This document shows, piece after piece, positions 50,025 through 63,435 of a stretch of DNA of 64,000 nt. The notes under the pieces were generated by a model. It was not told where the DNA came from, made no database searches, and was given only the letters and a program-made list of their open reading frames with translations. This DNA is from Octopus sinensis (taxonomy: Eukaryota): contig NW_021832220.1 in NCBI RefSeq assembly GCF_006345805.1, forward strand, positions 186,001 through 250,000, in the 5' to 3' direction. The translations under genes and the position numbers were made by a program. How positions within the stretch are numbered: position 1 is the stretch's first letter; each line of letters opens with the position of its first letter.

Positions 50025-52100
50025 GTGGACAATGGCTAGTAGCAGGCAGTAGTAGAATTAAGGAGTGCTGTGGGGGTACTCTAGCAAGTCAGAAAGGCAG
50101 GTCAGAAACAGGGAGGCATGTGTGTGTGCCTGTATATGTATCGTGTGTGTGTAAGCGTAAATGAATGTATATGCGTGTATCCGTGGGGTTGTGGGTTTTT
50201 TCGCGTGTGTGCGTGCGTATGTGTGCGTGCGCGTACGGGTATATGTTATGTGTATGTATATGTGTCGGTGTGTATGTGAATTAGTGTGTGTTTGTACGTG
50301 TGTATGTGTGTGTGCGTGTATTGTATATATGTAAATGTGTGTGTACGTGCGTGGGAGTGAATGTTTGTATGTGCGTGTGTGTACAAATGTAGGGGTTTAT
50401 ATGTTTATATGTGTGTATATATATGCATGCAATGACACACTTCGCAACTGAAAGATTTATGGGAAAGACTCTTGCGGTGTGGGCGCATGCGAATCTACAG
50501 GCACACACACACACGCTCCGACGTACGCCCAAAATAAAGCCAGACCCCACAGGCATGCATGCATGCATGTATGTATGTGTGCGCGCACATGCATGTGTAC
50601 GCGTGTGCATGCGAGTGTGTATGTAGGTATGTGTGTGTGTATGTATGTATGTGTGAGTGTGTAGGTGTGTATGTCTGTGTGTGTGTATGTAAGTATGTGT
50701 GTGCGTGTATGTATGTTTGTATGTGTGTATGTATGTATGTGTGCATGTGAGTAAGTGTGTGTGTATGTATGTATGTATGTGTGTGTATGTATGTATGCAT
50801 GCATGTGCGTATGTATGTGTGTGTATGCATGTGTGTATGTATATGTGTATATGTGTGTGTGTATGTATGTGTGTGTGCATGTATGTGTGTGCGTCTGTAT
50901 GTGTGTGTGTATGCGTGTGTGTATATATGTATGTGTATGTGTATGTTTGTGTGTGTGTATGTATGTATGTATGTATGAATGAAAGTATGAATGTGTGAGT
51001 GTGTGTGTACGTATGTGTGTGTGTGAATGTATGCGTGTGTGCGTGGGATTTCCTCTGGAGTTGTGTGGGCGTAATGTATGTTGTGTATGTATGTATGTGT
51101 GTGTGTATGTGTGTATGCCGGTATGTATGTATGTCTTGTTTATGTATGTATGTGTGTGTATGTGTGTGTGTTTATGTGTGTGTGTATGTATGTATGTGTG
51201 TAGGTAAGTATGTATGTGTGTATGTGTGTATGTATGTATGTGTGTAAGTGTGTGTGCGTGTATGTATGTAGGTATGTATGTGTGCGTGCGTGCATGCATG
51301 CATGTATGTGTGTATGTATACACACAAACACACACACACACACACACACAACACACACACACACGCATGTGGGGCTGGAAGAACCCCAGGCGCGCGCCCG
51401 CGGACCCACAGCCACTCACACCAAAAAAACCCGAAATCCATCAATCCCTAAAAGGCGTACCCCTGGATACAAGTATATGTACGTGTGCATGCGTGTAAGC
51501 ATGTGCGTATGTATGCATGTATGTGTGCATGCGTGTATGTGTGCATGTGTGAGTGTGTGTATGTATGTATGTATGTAAGTATGTGTGTACGTATGTGTAT
51601 GTGTGTATGTATATGTGTATGTGCGTATGTGTGTGTATGTGTGTATGTATGTATGTGTGTGTATATGTGTATGTGTGTGTATGTATGTATGTGTGTATGT
51701 ATGTGTGTGTGTATGTGTATGTTTGTGTGTGTATGTATGTATGTATGTATGTATGTATGTATGAATAAATGTGTGAATGTATGTATGTGTATGTATGTAT
51801 GTGTGTGTGAATGTACGCGTGTGTGCATGGGGTTTCCTCTGGGGTTGTGTGGGCGTAATGTACATGCGCGTGACGTGCGTGTATGTGTGTGTGTGTGTGT
51901 CTCTACTGGGTGTTTGTAAAGGTGTGCGTATCTGTATGGGTATTGTGTTGTTGGTGTGTGTGCACGGGCATGTGTGTGTGCGTGGGTGTGTGTGGGGGTG
52001 TGTATAGGTGTGGAAGTATGTGTGCGTACAAGTGCGTGTAGGTTGTATGTGTGTGGTGTGTTGGAGGTAGGTGTGTTGGAAGTAGGTATGTGGGGGGTGT
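49960..52100. repeat. Complex (TG)n/(TATG)n region with short GC-rich islands in both orientations
   Basis: gggtttcctctggggttgtgtgggcgtaatg recurs at ~51045 and ~51830, with noisy inverse versions at ~50525 and ~51365. Confidence 0.8.
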
Positions 52101-52189
52101 CCGTGGATACGTGGGTATGCGTGTGTGTTTCTGTATAAGGATTAAAAAAAAAGAAGAGGGGGAAAAGAGAGGTGGAGCGCAGTCACTAA

Positions 52190-52548
52190 GAGGAGGGGCT
52201 GTGTTTAGTCCGTGTGGGGTATTGGTTTGTAGAGTGAAGATGAAACGTTGCTCCAAGTGAAGCCTGGATTGTGGAAGACCGTTGTGGGGGGCGAGACCAA
52301 ACACAGAGATGTCATCGGGGAAATGGCTGGCCGAGCAGAAGTGACGTGCGACGGGAGAAAAGGACCGTAGGCGAACATACCTCAGATGTTCGGCGAATCG
52401 GTCTGACTACTGGCGTCCCGTCTGTCCTATATACAGCATTCCGCAGAGGTTGCATTTAATACAGTTCGCTGGTTGGAGCCGGTGACAGCAGGGGTGTTGG
52501 TGATGAAGGGGCAGGTGTTGCAGCGGGATCTAGAGCACGGGAATGATC
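52190..52548 (-). mobile_element. Penelope-like GIY-YIG C-terminal fragment
   Basis: FPCSRSRCNTC, KCNLCGMLYIGQTGR, RFAEH, VARHF, EQRFIFTLQTNTPHGLN (with frameshift). Confidence 0.88.
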
Positions 52549-52549
52549 C

Positions 52550-52675
52550 ATACATATATATATATACATATATAATATAAATATATATATATTATATATT
52601 ATATATATATGTATATATACATATATATATACATATATATATATATTATATATATATATATATATATATTAATAT

Positions 52676-52714
<39 letters not shown>

Positions 52715-53080
52715 ATATATATATACATATATATATATATATACATATATTTACATATATATACATATATATATATATTATATATATACATATATATATA
52801 CATATATATATACATATATATAATATATATATATATAAATATATACATATATATATATAATATAATATATATATATACATATATAATATACATATAATAC
52901 ATATATATATATACATATATATATACATATATATATATTATATATATACATATATATACATATATATATACATATAATATACATACATATATATATATAA
53001 ATATATATATATACATATATAGTATACATATATATATACATATATATATATACATATACACATATGCATATTTATATATA
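52550..53080. repeat. (TA)n microsatellite
   Basis: Seen directly. Confidence 0.97.
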
Positions 53081-53082
53081 TA

Positions 53083-53499
53083 TCTCTATATATAAAACTG
53101 AAATGCGTTTTTACCGCTTGGTTCGCTTTCAATGCCACTACATCCCGTCCGATTCGCTCCAAAATTACAGGGACATGTAGAATGAGGTGACGATGCGCGT
53201 GGACTACCTTAGAAATCCCTATCTTAAAAGGTATGGTTGCTAGGGGCCATCTTCCTACCTCACCCTATTCCTCCAGTACTCTGTCACTCCTCTTCATTTG
53301 ACAATGCAACTACCGTTATTTAATATAAAGTCTTCCTCAAATCACTCTGTCACTATTTACTCTCTTCCAAGAACATCTTCACTCACTCTTATTTCTTACC
53401 TTCCTATACATTTTACTCATGTATCTATCAGCGTTCATAGACAGTAACAAATATTACATCGCCATCCCCATCGCCATCGCATTCTATTGTCTACCTGTC

Positions 53500-53539
<40 letters not shown>

Positions 53540-56500
53540 CATATATCTAATATATTATTTTATGTTTTTGTTTTTTTACTGTTTCATTTCCCTGTTAGTG
53601 GTTTGATCTCTAATTTAATTTCTACAGTGTGCACACACACAACACACACACACACACACACACACCTATATGTGGCCCCAGTAGACCCGAATGAAATCGG
53701 GTTCTCTTCATCAAAATGTGAAAAGGGGTCTAGAATTATCATCACACAACTTATGTTTTTCCTAATGATAATTATCATCGCCACCACCAACACACAATCA
53801 TGACAATCTTTCTCTTAAAACAAATCATGTTTACATTGCAAAATATTTCATTTTCCCGTCCTCTCTTTCATATATGTGACCCAGGTTTGGGTGGCCGCAC
53901 AGCTACAATTAGACAATGGCTAAAAACATTCGATGTTGATAATGTCTGGATCGTTCAATTCAACCCTTTGCTTCCAAACATTTAATGCACACATTAATGT
54001 TGAGTACTGCAGTTCGGTGAGTTGCATACAATACCTCTGCAAGTACATTAATAAGGGCGATGATATGGCCGTGTTTGTGTTCAGTGATGAAGACCTTAGA
54101 CATGACGAAATTAAACAATTCGTTTGGGGTAGGTATGTATCCTCCAATTAAGCAGCGTGGCGCATTTTTGGATACGAGATTCATCTAAGCTCACCATCAG
54201 TTTTCCACCTGAATGTTCATTTACAGAAGAGACAGCTGGTTTACTTCACAGAGAAAAATGCACGTCAAGTCATTGAAAATCCAAAAGGGACTACGCTTAC
54301 AGCATTTTTTAAATTGTGTTCAGTTGATGAGTTTGCTGCTACTCTCATTTACCCTGAAGTACCGGAATATTACACATACAACAACAATAATTGGAAGCGC
54401 AGGTCACATGGAACAGAACTTGACATTGGCCCGGTGTTTCTAGGAGAACGTCATTGGGCGTGTGTGTATAATATCCATCCTACCAAACAGGAAATCTTTT
54501 TGAGAATGCTACTTCATGTAGTTACTGGACCGAAGTCTTTTGCTGATCTTCGCACGGTTGATGGCATCATCTGCACCACTTACAGGAAAGCATTTTGAGG
54601 CGCGGACTTCTTCTCAATGACGACCACTTACACAGGACATTAGCAGAGGTCTCAAATTGTAAACTGCCATGGCAAATGCGTCGATTGTTTTGTAGCATAT
54701 TAATCCACTGTAATCCCAGCAACCTCTTAACCTTTGGGAATCGTTCAGACAGAGCCTATCAAAGGACATACAGGCTAATTTAGCGCAACGTGATGGCAAC
54801 GACGATGTTTATAATGAGGCATTAATCGACATGGACAGACACATCAGATGCTATGTTATACGCGGTTTAAGTGAATTCCATCTGCCAACACCTGTCCATC
54901 ATGAAGCGCCTTTGGATGTTGAATACATGTCAGAAAACAACTACAACATTGCCGAATTGACGGAAACAATTACGCGAGATGAACCAAGACTTTTGCCTGA
55001 CAAAGAGAGATTTATAATGAAATTATTGACAGCGTTAGATTGAACCAAGGAAAGCTTTTCTTTTTGAATGCTCCAGGTGGTACTGGTAAAACTTTCGTTA
55101 TCAATTTGATTCTCGCAAAGCTGCGCGCTGAACGTCGATTTGCCATTGCATGTGCCTCAAGTGTATTGCAGCGACACTGCTTCAAGGCGGCCGTACGGCA
55201 CATAGTGCATTCAAATTGCCCATGGACATTGGAAAGAAAGATAATCCTAAATGTAATATAGATCGTAGTTCCTCAAGAGCAAGACTTCTTCGTGAATGCA
55301 GTCTTTTTATTTGGGATGAGGCTACGATGAGTAATAAGGCCATGTTTGAGGCTCTTGACAGAACTCTCCAAGATTTGCGTCAAAATACAAAAATAATGGG
55401 TGGAGCTACGTTTCTCATGGCAGAGATTTTCGACAAACTCTTCCTGTTGTCCGAGCAGGCACTAGAGCTGATGAGGTTAATGCATGTATAAAGCATTCTT
55501 TTGTGTGGCACAGTGTTATCAGTCGCCATCTTCAAACAAACATGAGAGTCCACCTACATGGTGATGGAGTCTGAGGCTTTCGCAAAACACCTATTAGATC
55601 TTGGTGATGGAGTTTTGCCTTTCGTTGATGATGAGCATATTCGGTTGCCTTTTGGGAATTTCGTTCCAAATGTAGAAGAACTTATAAGAGCCGTTTTACC
55701 TGACGTCGAAACCAACTTTCAGGATCTCGATTGACTAAGAGCAAGAGTATTCTATCGCCTCATAATACAACAGCTCATGCTACAAATAAACAAGTACTTG
55801 ATATGAATCCTGGTGAGATAGTTTCTTTCATGTCCATCGATACAAATAAATATGAGAATGATGCAGTCAAATATCCACCCGAGCTACTCAACAAGCTAAC
55901 ACCTCCGGGACTTCCACCTCATCATTTGTGTTTGAAAGTTGGTGCTCCAATCATGGTGCTCAGAAATATGGAAACGCCTGAAATATGCAATGGAACCCGA
56001 ATGGTTATTAGGAGGATTCAAAGCCATGTTATAACTGCTGAAATTTTGAGTGGACCATTTGTAGGAACAATCAAAATGATACATAAAATGAGTATTTCAC
56101 CCTCTGATGTTCCCATTCAGTTTAAACGCTTTCAATTTCCAAAAAACTATGCTTCGCGATGACAATCAACAAGTCACAGGGACAATCACTGGACATTGTA
56201 GGCATTAACCTGCACAACCGTTTTCAGTCATGGTCAATTGTACGTAGCCTGTTCTCGAGTTGGAAATCCACATAAACTCTTCATTTTGGCAATCATGAGT
56301 GCACAAGGAACGTGGTTTATCAGGAGGCTCTGACAAAAGAAAACTGATTGTAAGTCATGAAATTTTGCTTGATTTTTTATTTTGCACCTTTTCATTATCT
56401 CTTCATTCTTGAAAATAAAGACATTAAAAAGAACATGGTTCATAAAGAACATGGGTTCAGATGTTTGCAAACATTTGATCCAACTCATTCTCTTTATTCC

Positions 56501-57302
56501 TCATTTTCCGATTCCTTCTACGTCTCCATTAAACGGTTTTGTCAAGTTATTGTTTCTTCGCTAACATAAGACATTCATAAAGTGTGAATGAGTTGTTAAT
56601 TACATTTTATACACTATTCCATTGTTTAGGTGGTGTCGAAAGGACTGGCATGTGTCACCATATAAACTCTCTCAGTCAAACTCCCAACTCATGAGTTCAC
56701 ATCGTGATACTCTTTCTACAAAACTGAGCTGGGTGTGAATTCTAATTTCATTCACTATAACAGATTTTTTAATTTTTGAAACAAACACATTGCCTCTTTC
56801 GTTTTAAAACAATAAAACAATACTACCTTAATACATTGGTCCAACAAACAAAACACCCAACACTCACATTCTTTTATGTATCTGTCTTCCTCCATCACTC
56901 ACTCACTTTTCTCCCTTCCTTTCACTTTCTATCTATAACATCATTCACAGCGTCTACCTCCCTTACATTCACTTTCTCTTTATAACGTCGTTTCACAGCG
57001 TCCGTTATCCCCCTCCCTGCCTTCCACAGCGCTTCACACACTCTCACTCTCCACGTCTGTCTGCATTCATAGAGAGAATTATCATCGCCACAACCACCAC
57101 TCAATCATGACAACAAATATTATGAATCAGATATTTATTGGGTTAATTTATATATGTGTTTGTGATCTATATATAAATATGTATATATAATAATCTTTAT
57201 AATACAAAGTGCATATATCTGTATTTACATATATAATTTGTATACATTTATATATATATACCACACTCTTACCCGCGCGTAGAGCGGGTCACCTTCAGCT
57301 AG
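53083..57302 (+). mobile_element. Helitron with both termini and an internally deleted, decayed RepHel
   Basis: 5' A|TC; 3' hairpin ACCCGC-GCGTAGA-GCGGGT then CTAG|T; HINVEYC, YLCKYINKG, LNAPGGTGKT, WDEA, MTINKSQGQS and HGQLYVACSRV motifs. Confidence 0.9.
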
Positions 57303-57503
57303 TATATATATATATGTATATATATATATATGTATATATGTGTGTATATATATATGTGTATATATATATGTATATATATGTGTGTATATATATATGTATG
57401 TATATATATATATGTGTATATATATATGTATATATATATATGTATATATATAGAAAATAGTAAAAAGTGAAAAAACTACAGAAAGCTTATGTATATATAT
57501 ATA

Positions 57504-57720
57504 TCTATATATATAAAACTGTAGTTGTGTGAGTGTCTGTCCCCTTCGATTTAGATTCCTAACTACTCCCACATTTTGCGGTGCAGTTTACCCAAATTCG
57601 GGTAGCTTATAGTCGTGATTCATATCGAGCCCGTCTGTGTATTAGCGCGCGTCTACGATGAGTCTACGATTTTAAAAATAATTTAACATCATTTTTTATT
57701 CCATTTTAATGCATATCATT
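57504..57720 (+). mobile_element. Probable 5' end of a non-autonomous Helitron
   Basis: A|TCtatatatataaaactg start resembling 53083. Confidence 0.45.
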
Positions 57721-57734
57721 ATTACTACTATTAT

Positions 57735-59500
57735 TATTCCTACTGGGCGTTAAAACCGGGAGCGGAAGAAGCTGTGCCTCCGGAGAAAGGTGGTAGGGTC
57801 TTAGTAAGCAGCCTATTATTATGGGAGGCGACTATCTGGGCGAGGTTTTTAGTGTTGGAGAAAGCTATCCTAACTTTATGCGAATTAACCGTGGAGTAAT
57901 ATTTGGAATTTCTGGGGAAGTTATTGGCGATGGCCTGTCGAAACATGAGGGGGGGGTTAGTTCTAATCTGCTTACCAAAGGGAATTACAAACCATATATG
58001 CTTGTTCCTATTTATGTGATGGGTCGGGACGGCAGCTCTCGCATTCGGGTGGGTGATTCTCGGATGAATAACGGGTTTCGGGTTAGTGTGAGATCCCCCG
58101 GACCGATAATTATCCTTGTTCGCTAAATTAAATGCGGGAGCGACTGCCCCAGCACCCGCCGCGCTCCCGTCACTACTTAAAATATTAATGACGGCCCTAT
58201 CCTGATGACCGAATGATGGCATCGGAAGGGCCGGATCAATATAAATTACCTTCTGCCTATAACCGGCCTTGGATAGTGCGGCGTTATAAAATTCCGCTTT
58301 CTGCATAAAAATATCGGCACTAGCGGACAAGCCAGACAATCTTAGAGAGATGTTTTTAACCAAATTGTCTGTTACGGTTTTGGCATGATTGGAGAAGACA
58401 CTGATATACTTCAAATTAGTGGAAGGCTTATGGTAAGGGCAGTATGAGTCGCTATTAAGGTTAAGTGTAACGTCTAGGAAATTTGCCTTGGTGAGTTCAT
58501 TATCAAAAACTATATTCATGCCCATTTTATTAAAAAACCTAGCTAACCTGCTCTTAGTTTTCTGCACTATTCTGTTCGTGGTGTTTTGCAGGTAAAACAG
58601 AGAATCGTCACGATACAGGCCGCCCGCGATCTCCGGGAATTGGTCGGACAATTCGTAGAGAATATATATTCCGACCAAATCGGCTATCTGCGCACTATCC
58701 GAACTACCCATAGGCACATCAAATTCATTGGGAGTATCTTTACGGATCCACAACTTATTATCAAACTTAATAAACGATTTCCTGGCAACTAAAATGATAT
58801 CTATTTCTTCTCTGGTGAGGCCAGCCTTGTTGTGAGCATGCCAAAGGGCCTTATTTAGTACACTAGGGTTAATCGAGGGGTAGAAGCTGGCGATATCAAA
58901 CTGGATGAACCTGGTACAGTTCTTATTGGGGATGGAAGAGAACCACTTCACTACCTGCGAGGAGTTGGCCAGAGGCTGAGCTTCAGTTTGTTTACTAAAC
59001 TAGGGATATATTTATCTAAAATGTACTACTGATTATCCCGATATCAGAGCTAACAGGGCATATGAGTCTTAGCGCTGGGTTGGTGTGGAAGTTCGGTTTA
59101 TGGTCCTTCACTATGAATCTAGGTTGCTTAGGGCTAAGCGGCTGCGTTCTCATTTGAATTCCGTGTTTCAACATTATTTCCTTAATTTCCAAGTTTACCT
59201 TCCTCAGGGTGCTCCAATTGGTTGTTCTATAATTTTTCTTGATCTCTTTACCGAGTAAATCTAGGTACTGCTTAATGGGTAGCTTGTATGTGTTCCTGGT
59301 CTTGTCGGACTGGACCAGGACTCCGTCCGTTCTATTAATGTCCTTGGTAATTTTATCTAGGTATCTGAGGTGGGTATTTCTCCTGGGTGACTTCCTGAAC
59401 TTAATCTTTCTAACTATGTCCCACAAGTCGTCCTCAAACTTCTTCAGTCTTGGGTTGGGTGGCGCGTATAGGTAGACATCTAATCGATGTCTACCTATAT
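57735..59500 (-). mobile_element. Penelope-like RT, Naiad-like, truncated before the endonuclease
   Basis: RFIVKDHKPNF..NP..RLICP, FDIASFYPSI, FDVPMGSSDSAQIADLVGIYIL, GLYRDD, NFLDVTLNL; frameshifts near 59020 and 58975. Confidence 0.85.
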
Positions 59501-60269
59501 ACATACATATATGCAGGGTAGCCATGTACTTTCTCTACAGCGACACACCTCTGCCTGTCTCTCTATCATACTACAGGTTAGGATGAAGCCACCTCTCTCA
59601 CTACTAGCAGTCCACTCATCCTTGAAATTTACTTTTTATTTTACTAGTGTCAGTGTTACCAAAACTTTCTCAGACATACGAACCATGTGAAAACAGACAT
59701 TAGATGCCGTTGTAGTAATTCATCTCAGATAGTGTGAAATAGTCCAACCCATGACAACATGAAAAACGAATGTTAAATGATGATGACACACATACACGTT
59801 AATTGTATTTCTTATATTAATTTCAATAATTAATTTGGTTTATTTATAAATAAAAACAATTGATTTTGCATGAGAATGATTAGTTTGATGACTTATGGAA
59901 GCAATGGTACTGTGTAAATGTAAGGACAACTGTATTATTAAACAAGTGTATTTCATGATTCGACACACAGATAAAACTTGACTTTCAAATGTTGGTGATT
60001 TTGCTTGTTTTTGCAATCAGCCTTGTATTATAGATCCCAAATGGCCAAAGGTAAAGTGGTTTTTCTTATTTTGGTGTGGGGGGTTGCTGTTAGGATTGGT
60101 TTTCAGAGTTTAGTCTATATTAGGGTAGCTTGAGGATTTGTGAAGGGTTTTTAGAGAGAATAGTCAAGTAAGAGATCAAAGTTTGAACTAGGGGTTGGGT
60201 TGGGGTGTGATGAGGAGAGTAGAGATTGAACAGGTTTATTTATAGTGTTTTGATGACTGTTTGATATCG

Positions 60270-60725
60270 GGTTTAGCATTGAAAAGCAGGGAAGAGGCTG
60301 GGGTGCCTTAGATAAGATGCGGATGTCAAGTTAACCCAAAGTTATCTCCATGGTGGTCTTTGGCATGTTGGTAGAGTATAGAAGACTGTTTTCTGTCGTC
60401 AAGTTGTCTTAGATGTTCATTTATCCGTTCCGCAATGCTCTTGGACGTCTCCCTCTATGTACATCATGTTCATGTCTTTACAAGCACCTCTATGCATCTT
60501 ATTGTAAACTACATTTCGAGTTCTACAGTTAATACCAGGGCTAATTCTACATGCCATGCAGTTATCAATTGTGCATATGGTATTCTTAACGGGCATGTCC
60601 TTCATAATTGTGACCTGATGGAGTTCCTGGCTTTTCAACAATTTAATGTTGAGCTTGGTCTCTTTCAGAGCTTTTCTAAATCTACTGGCTAGTTCTCCAT
60701 GGGCTGTGGCCACTACAAATATCAC
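60270..60725 (-). mobile_element. Degenerate Penelope-like GIY-YIG fragment
   Basis: CTIDNCMAC, CRTRNVVY, then after a frameshift ETSKSIAERINEHLRQ...SSILYQHAKDHH. Confidence 0.8.
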
Positions 60726-61026
60726 TCCTTGAATTTTTACTGGTGAGTGTGTATTTAATAGTAAGGCACTAAAAGAGAAAGACTCTCCCCAGACACAACA
60801 GAATATACACTGTTTTCGCTAATTACTCTTTCACTCAATTTTGCTACTTTCAGTTATTTGACTGTGGCCATGTTGGAGCACCGCCTTCAGTCAAACAAAT
60901 AGAGCCCAGGACCTATTCTCTTTTGCTGAACCGTTCATTACAGGTGCGTGAAAACAGCAGCATCGTTTGTCAAGCATGTTTGATGGATAAAGAGGCATAC
61001 AAACGTATATGTATGTATATATATAT

Positions 61027-61585
61027 TGTTACGACGGGTGGGACCTCCGAAAACTGTACGGAATCCCTCAGACAGGCCCGACTCGATCAGCGAATGTTCT
61101 CGCCACGGAAACTCGTCGGAGAGGAGAGGAGAGACACAACAACAACAACCGCAGCAGCACAGAAAGATACAGAGGCACAGAGGCAAGGCAAAACGGCAAC
61201 ACTGGCTTATATTCAAAAACTAGTTTATACGACAATCAATGGTTACAACATCAAAGCATTTAAGGCAAACATTTAAAGGAGGACATGCACGTGACTACTC
61301 AATACAACAGTCCGGTAACGACACAACAAGTCATATATATCAGCAACAGATCAAAGCATTTTAAACATGCATGTAACAATATAACAGCGTTCATAGACAA
61401 CAAGTTCAGATCACATAATGTTCACGATACGTCACAGTCCATTCAGAACACTTCGATACATTATACAATGTTCGCATCACAAACAATTCACGTTACATTT
61501 CAAAGTTCATTATCGTCTACATCAGAGTCCTTCTTTTCTCTCTCTTTCTCTTCTTTTCTTTTCACTGTCTCTTTACATCGTGACA
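61027..61585. mobile_element. Possible solo LTR
   Basis: Starts TGTTAC and resembles the composition of 29967-30726; right end (GTGACA) is uncertain. Confidence 0.35.
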
Positions 61586-62183
61586 CGTATCAATACATAA
61601 TCACATACCTTAATTCCTAACTGAATCGCCAGTGTCCCATCTTGCACTCCACCTCTCCTCAATACTGGTACTCCAGCTTGCAAACTCCTGCATCCCAACG
61701 CTTGCTCCCAAGATTCCACCTCCTCCTGGTCCTGACTTCCAGATCGACTGTCATTCTTCAACGACCGACTCCAACTGCCAAAACCTCACTTCGTCTCTCT
61801 CTTCCCCACTACCGCTTATACCCTCTCTATTTGCCCTCTGCCCTTACTGCCTATCTCTATCGCCTGCTGCCTATCACCCTCTCATGACAGCTCTACCATA
61901 CTCTCTGCCTGTCCTTCTCGGCCCTCATCCTCTCTCACTGCTAATTCTTCCTCACATCTGTCCCTTAGCCTTATACTCTATCTCTCTTACTATTTCTTCT
62001 CTCTTCTTCAAGGGGTGTTTAGAACGACCTCTAATCGACCGCACAAGCCAGAAAGGTCCATCCAAAAGCCATCAGTCTCCCAGGACTGTCTCAAAGGACT
62101 GTCTATTTCCTCCAGACATGCCGGCCGCCACACTCAAAGTGGGTCACCAAGAACTCCACTTAGCCAAAATCCATAACAATATG

Positions 62184-62249
<66 letters not shown>

Positions 62250-62257
<8 letters not shown>

Positions 62258-62425
62258 CACACGATGGGCTTCTTTTAGTTTCCGTCTACGAAATCTATTC
62301 ACAAGGCTTTGGTCACCCCGAGGCTATAGTTGAAGACACTTGTCCAAGGTTCCACGCAGTGGGACTGAAGCCAGAACACTGCGGTTTGTAAACGAGCTAC
62401 ATATCACAAAGCCGCTCCTAGCCTA
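62250..62425 (-). mobile_element. SINE 5' half
   Basis: ttccgtctacgaaatctattcacaaggctttggtc...ccacgcagtgggactgaa matches the 41695 family. Confidence 0.75.
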
Positions 62426-62467
62426 GCAGTATATGTAATATATATATATATATATATTTTTTATTTA

Positions 62468-62640
62468 TCTACTTATAAAACTGAAATGCGAAAAGTTTGT
62501 TGTTTGTTTGTCTGGAACGGTTTAAAGGCCATTACATCCCGTCGGATTGACTCCAAAATTTACGGTTCGTGAGCAATCATTCTCACAAAAATGCGCGCAC
62601 AAACAGACACAGAATGTCACGGTTTTAAAGGTCAACATAT
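62468..62640 (+). mobile_element. Helitron-like 5' end related to 53083
   Basis: TCtacttataaaactgaaatgcg...tacatcccgtcggattgactccaaaattt resembles 53083-53170. Confidence 0.55.
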
Positions 62641-62964
62641 TTAAAACAAATAGCTACGAGTTTGCATACATGCATGTCTCTATGTGCATGGGTGCGGACG
62701 TTGTTTCCAGAATGTCTCAGTTTTAAGGTCAACATATTTAAAACATAAATAGGTACGAGATTGCGTCTTTGCATGTATTATATTTCGTGAGTGCGGACGT
62801 GTAGGTGTTTGTGCGTGTGTGAGCAGTCCACCTATACCAAGGTGGTTGCATTGTCTTATGGGACCGGCCGTGAAAGTTCCGGACCCCATTAATGAACTCA
62901 TTTGCATACAAAACAATTAGTCTCAACTTGAACTTGTCCGGTTAACAAACAGTAGTGTCTGAAT

Positions 62965-63330
62965 GGGAATTAGCTTGCTTACCTAACAAATGTTTCCGAG
63001 TTCAATCCCACTGGGTGGCATGTTGGGCAAATGTCTTCTACTATAGTCTTGGGCCGACCAAAGCCTTGTGAGTGGATTTGGGAGACGGAAACTAAAGAAG
63101 ACTGTCGTATATATATATATATTATATATATATATATAGATATATATAATATATATATATAGTATATGTAGCAGTAAGAGTGGCTGTGGTTGTAGTTGCT
63201 TCCAAACACGGTGATTCTGGTTCAGTCCAACTACGTGGCCCCATGGGCAAGTGTCTTCCAAATATAGCCTCGGACAGACCAACATTTCTGAGTAGATTTG
63301 GTACACGGAAATAGAAAGTAGCCTGTGGGT
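62965..63330 (+). mobile_element. Two SINE 5' halves in tandem
   Basis: ttgggcaaatgtcttctactatag...gccttgtgagtggatttgg and a more degenerate second copy. Confidence 0.75.
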
Positions 63331-63338
63331 ATAGATAG

Positions 63339-63384
<46 letters not shown>

Positions 63385-63390
63385 GAGAGA

Positions 63391-63435
<45 letters not shown>

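Noticed and set aside
42962-53162. Long YI/YV/CV/HT-repeat ORFs of up to 500 aa
   Set aside because: They are stop-free translations of (TA)n, (TG)n and (TATG)n microsatellites.
61632-62333. 233-aa ORF
   Set aside because: Pyrimidine-rich low-complexity sequence running into (TA)n and a SINE; at most a decayed Penelope tail.
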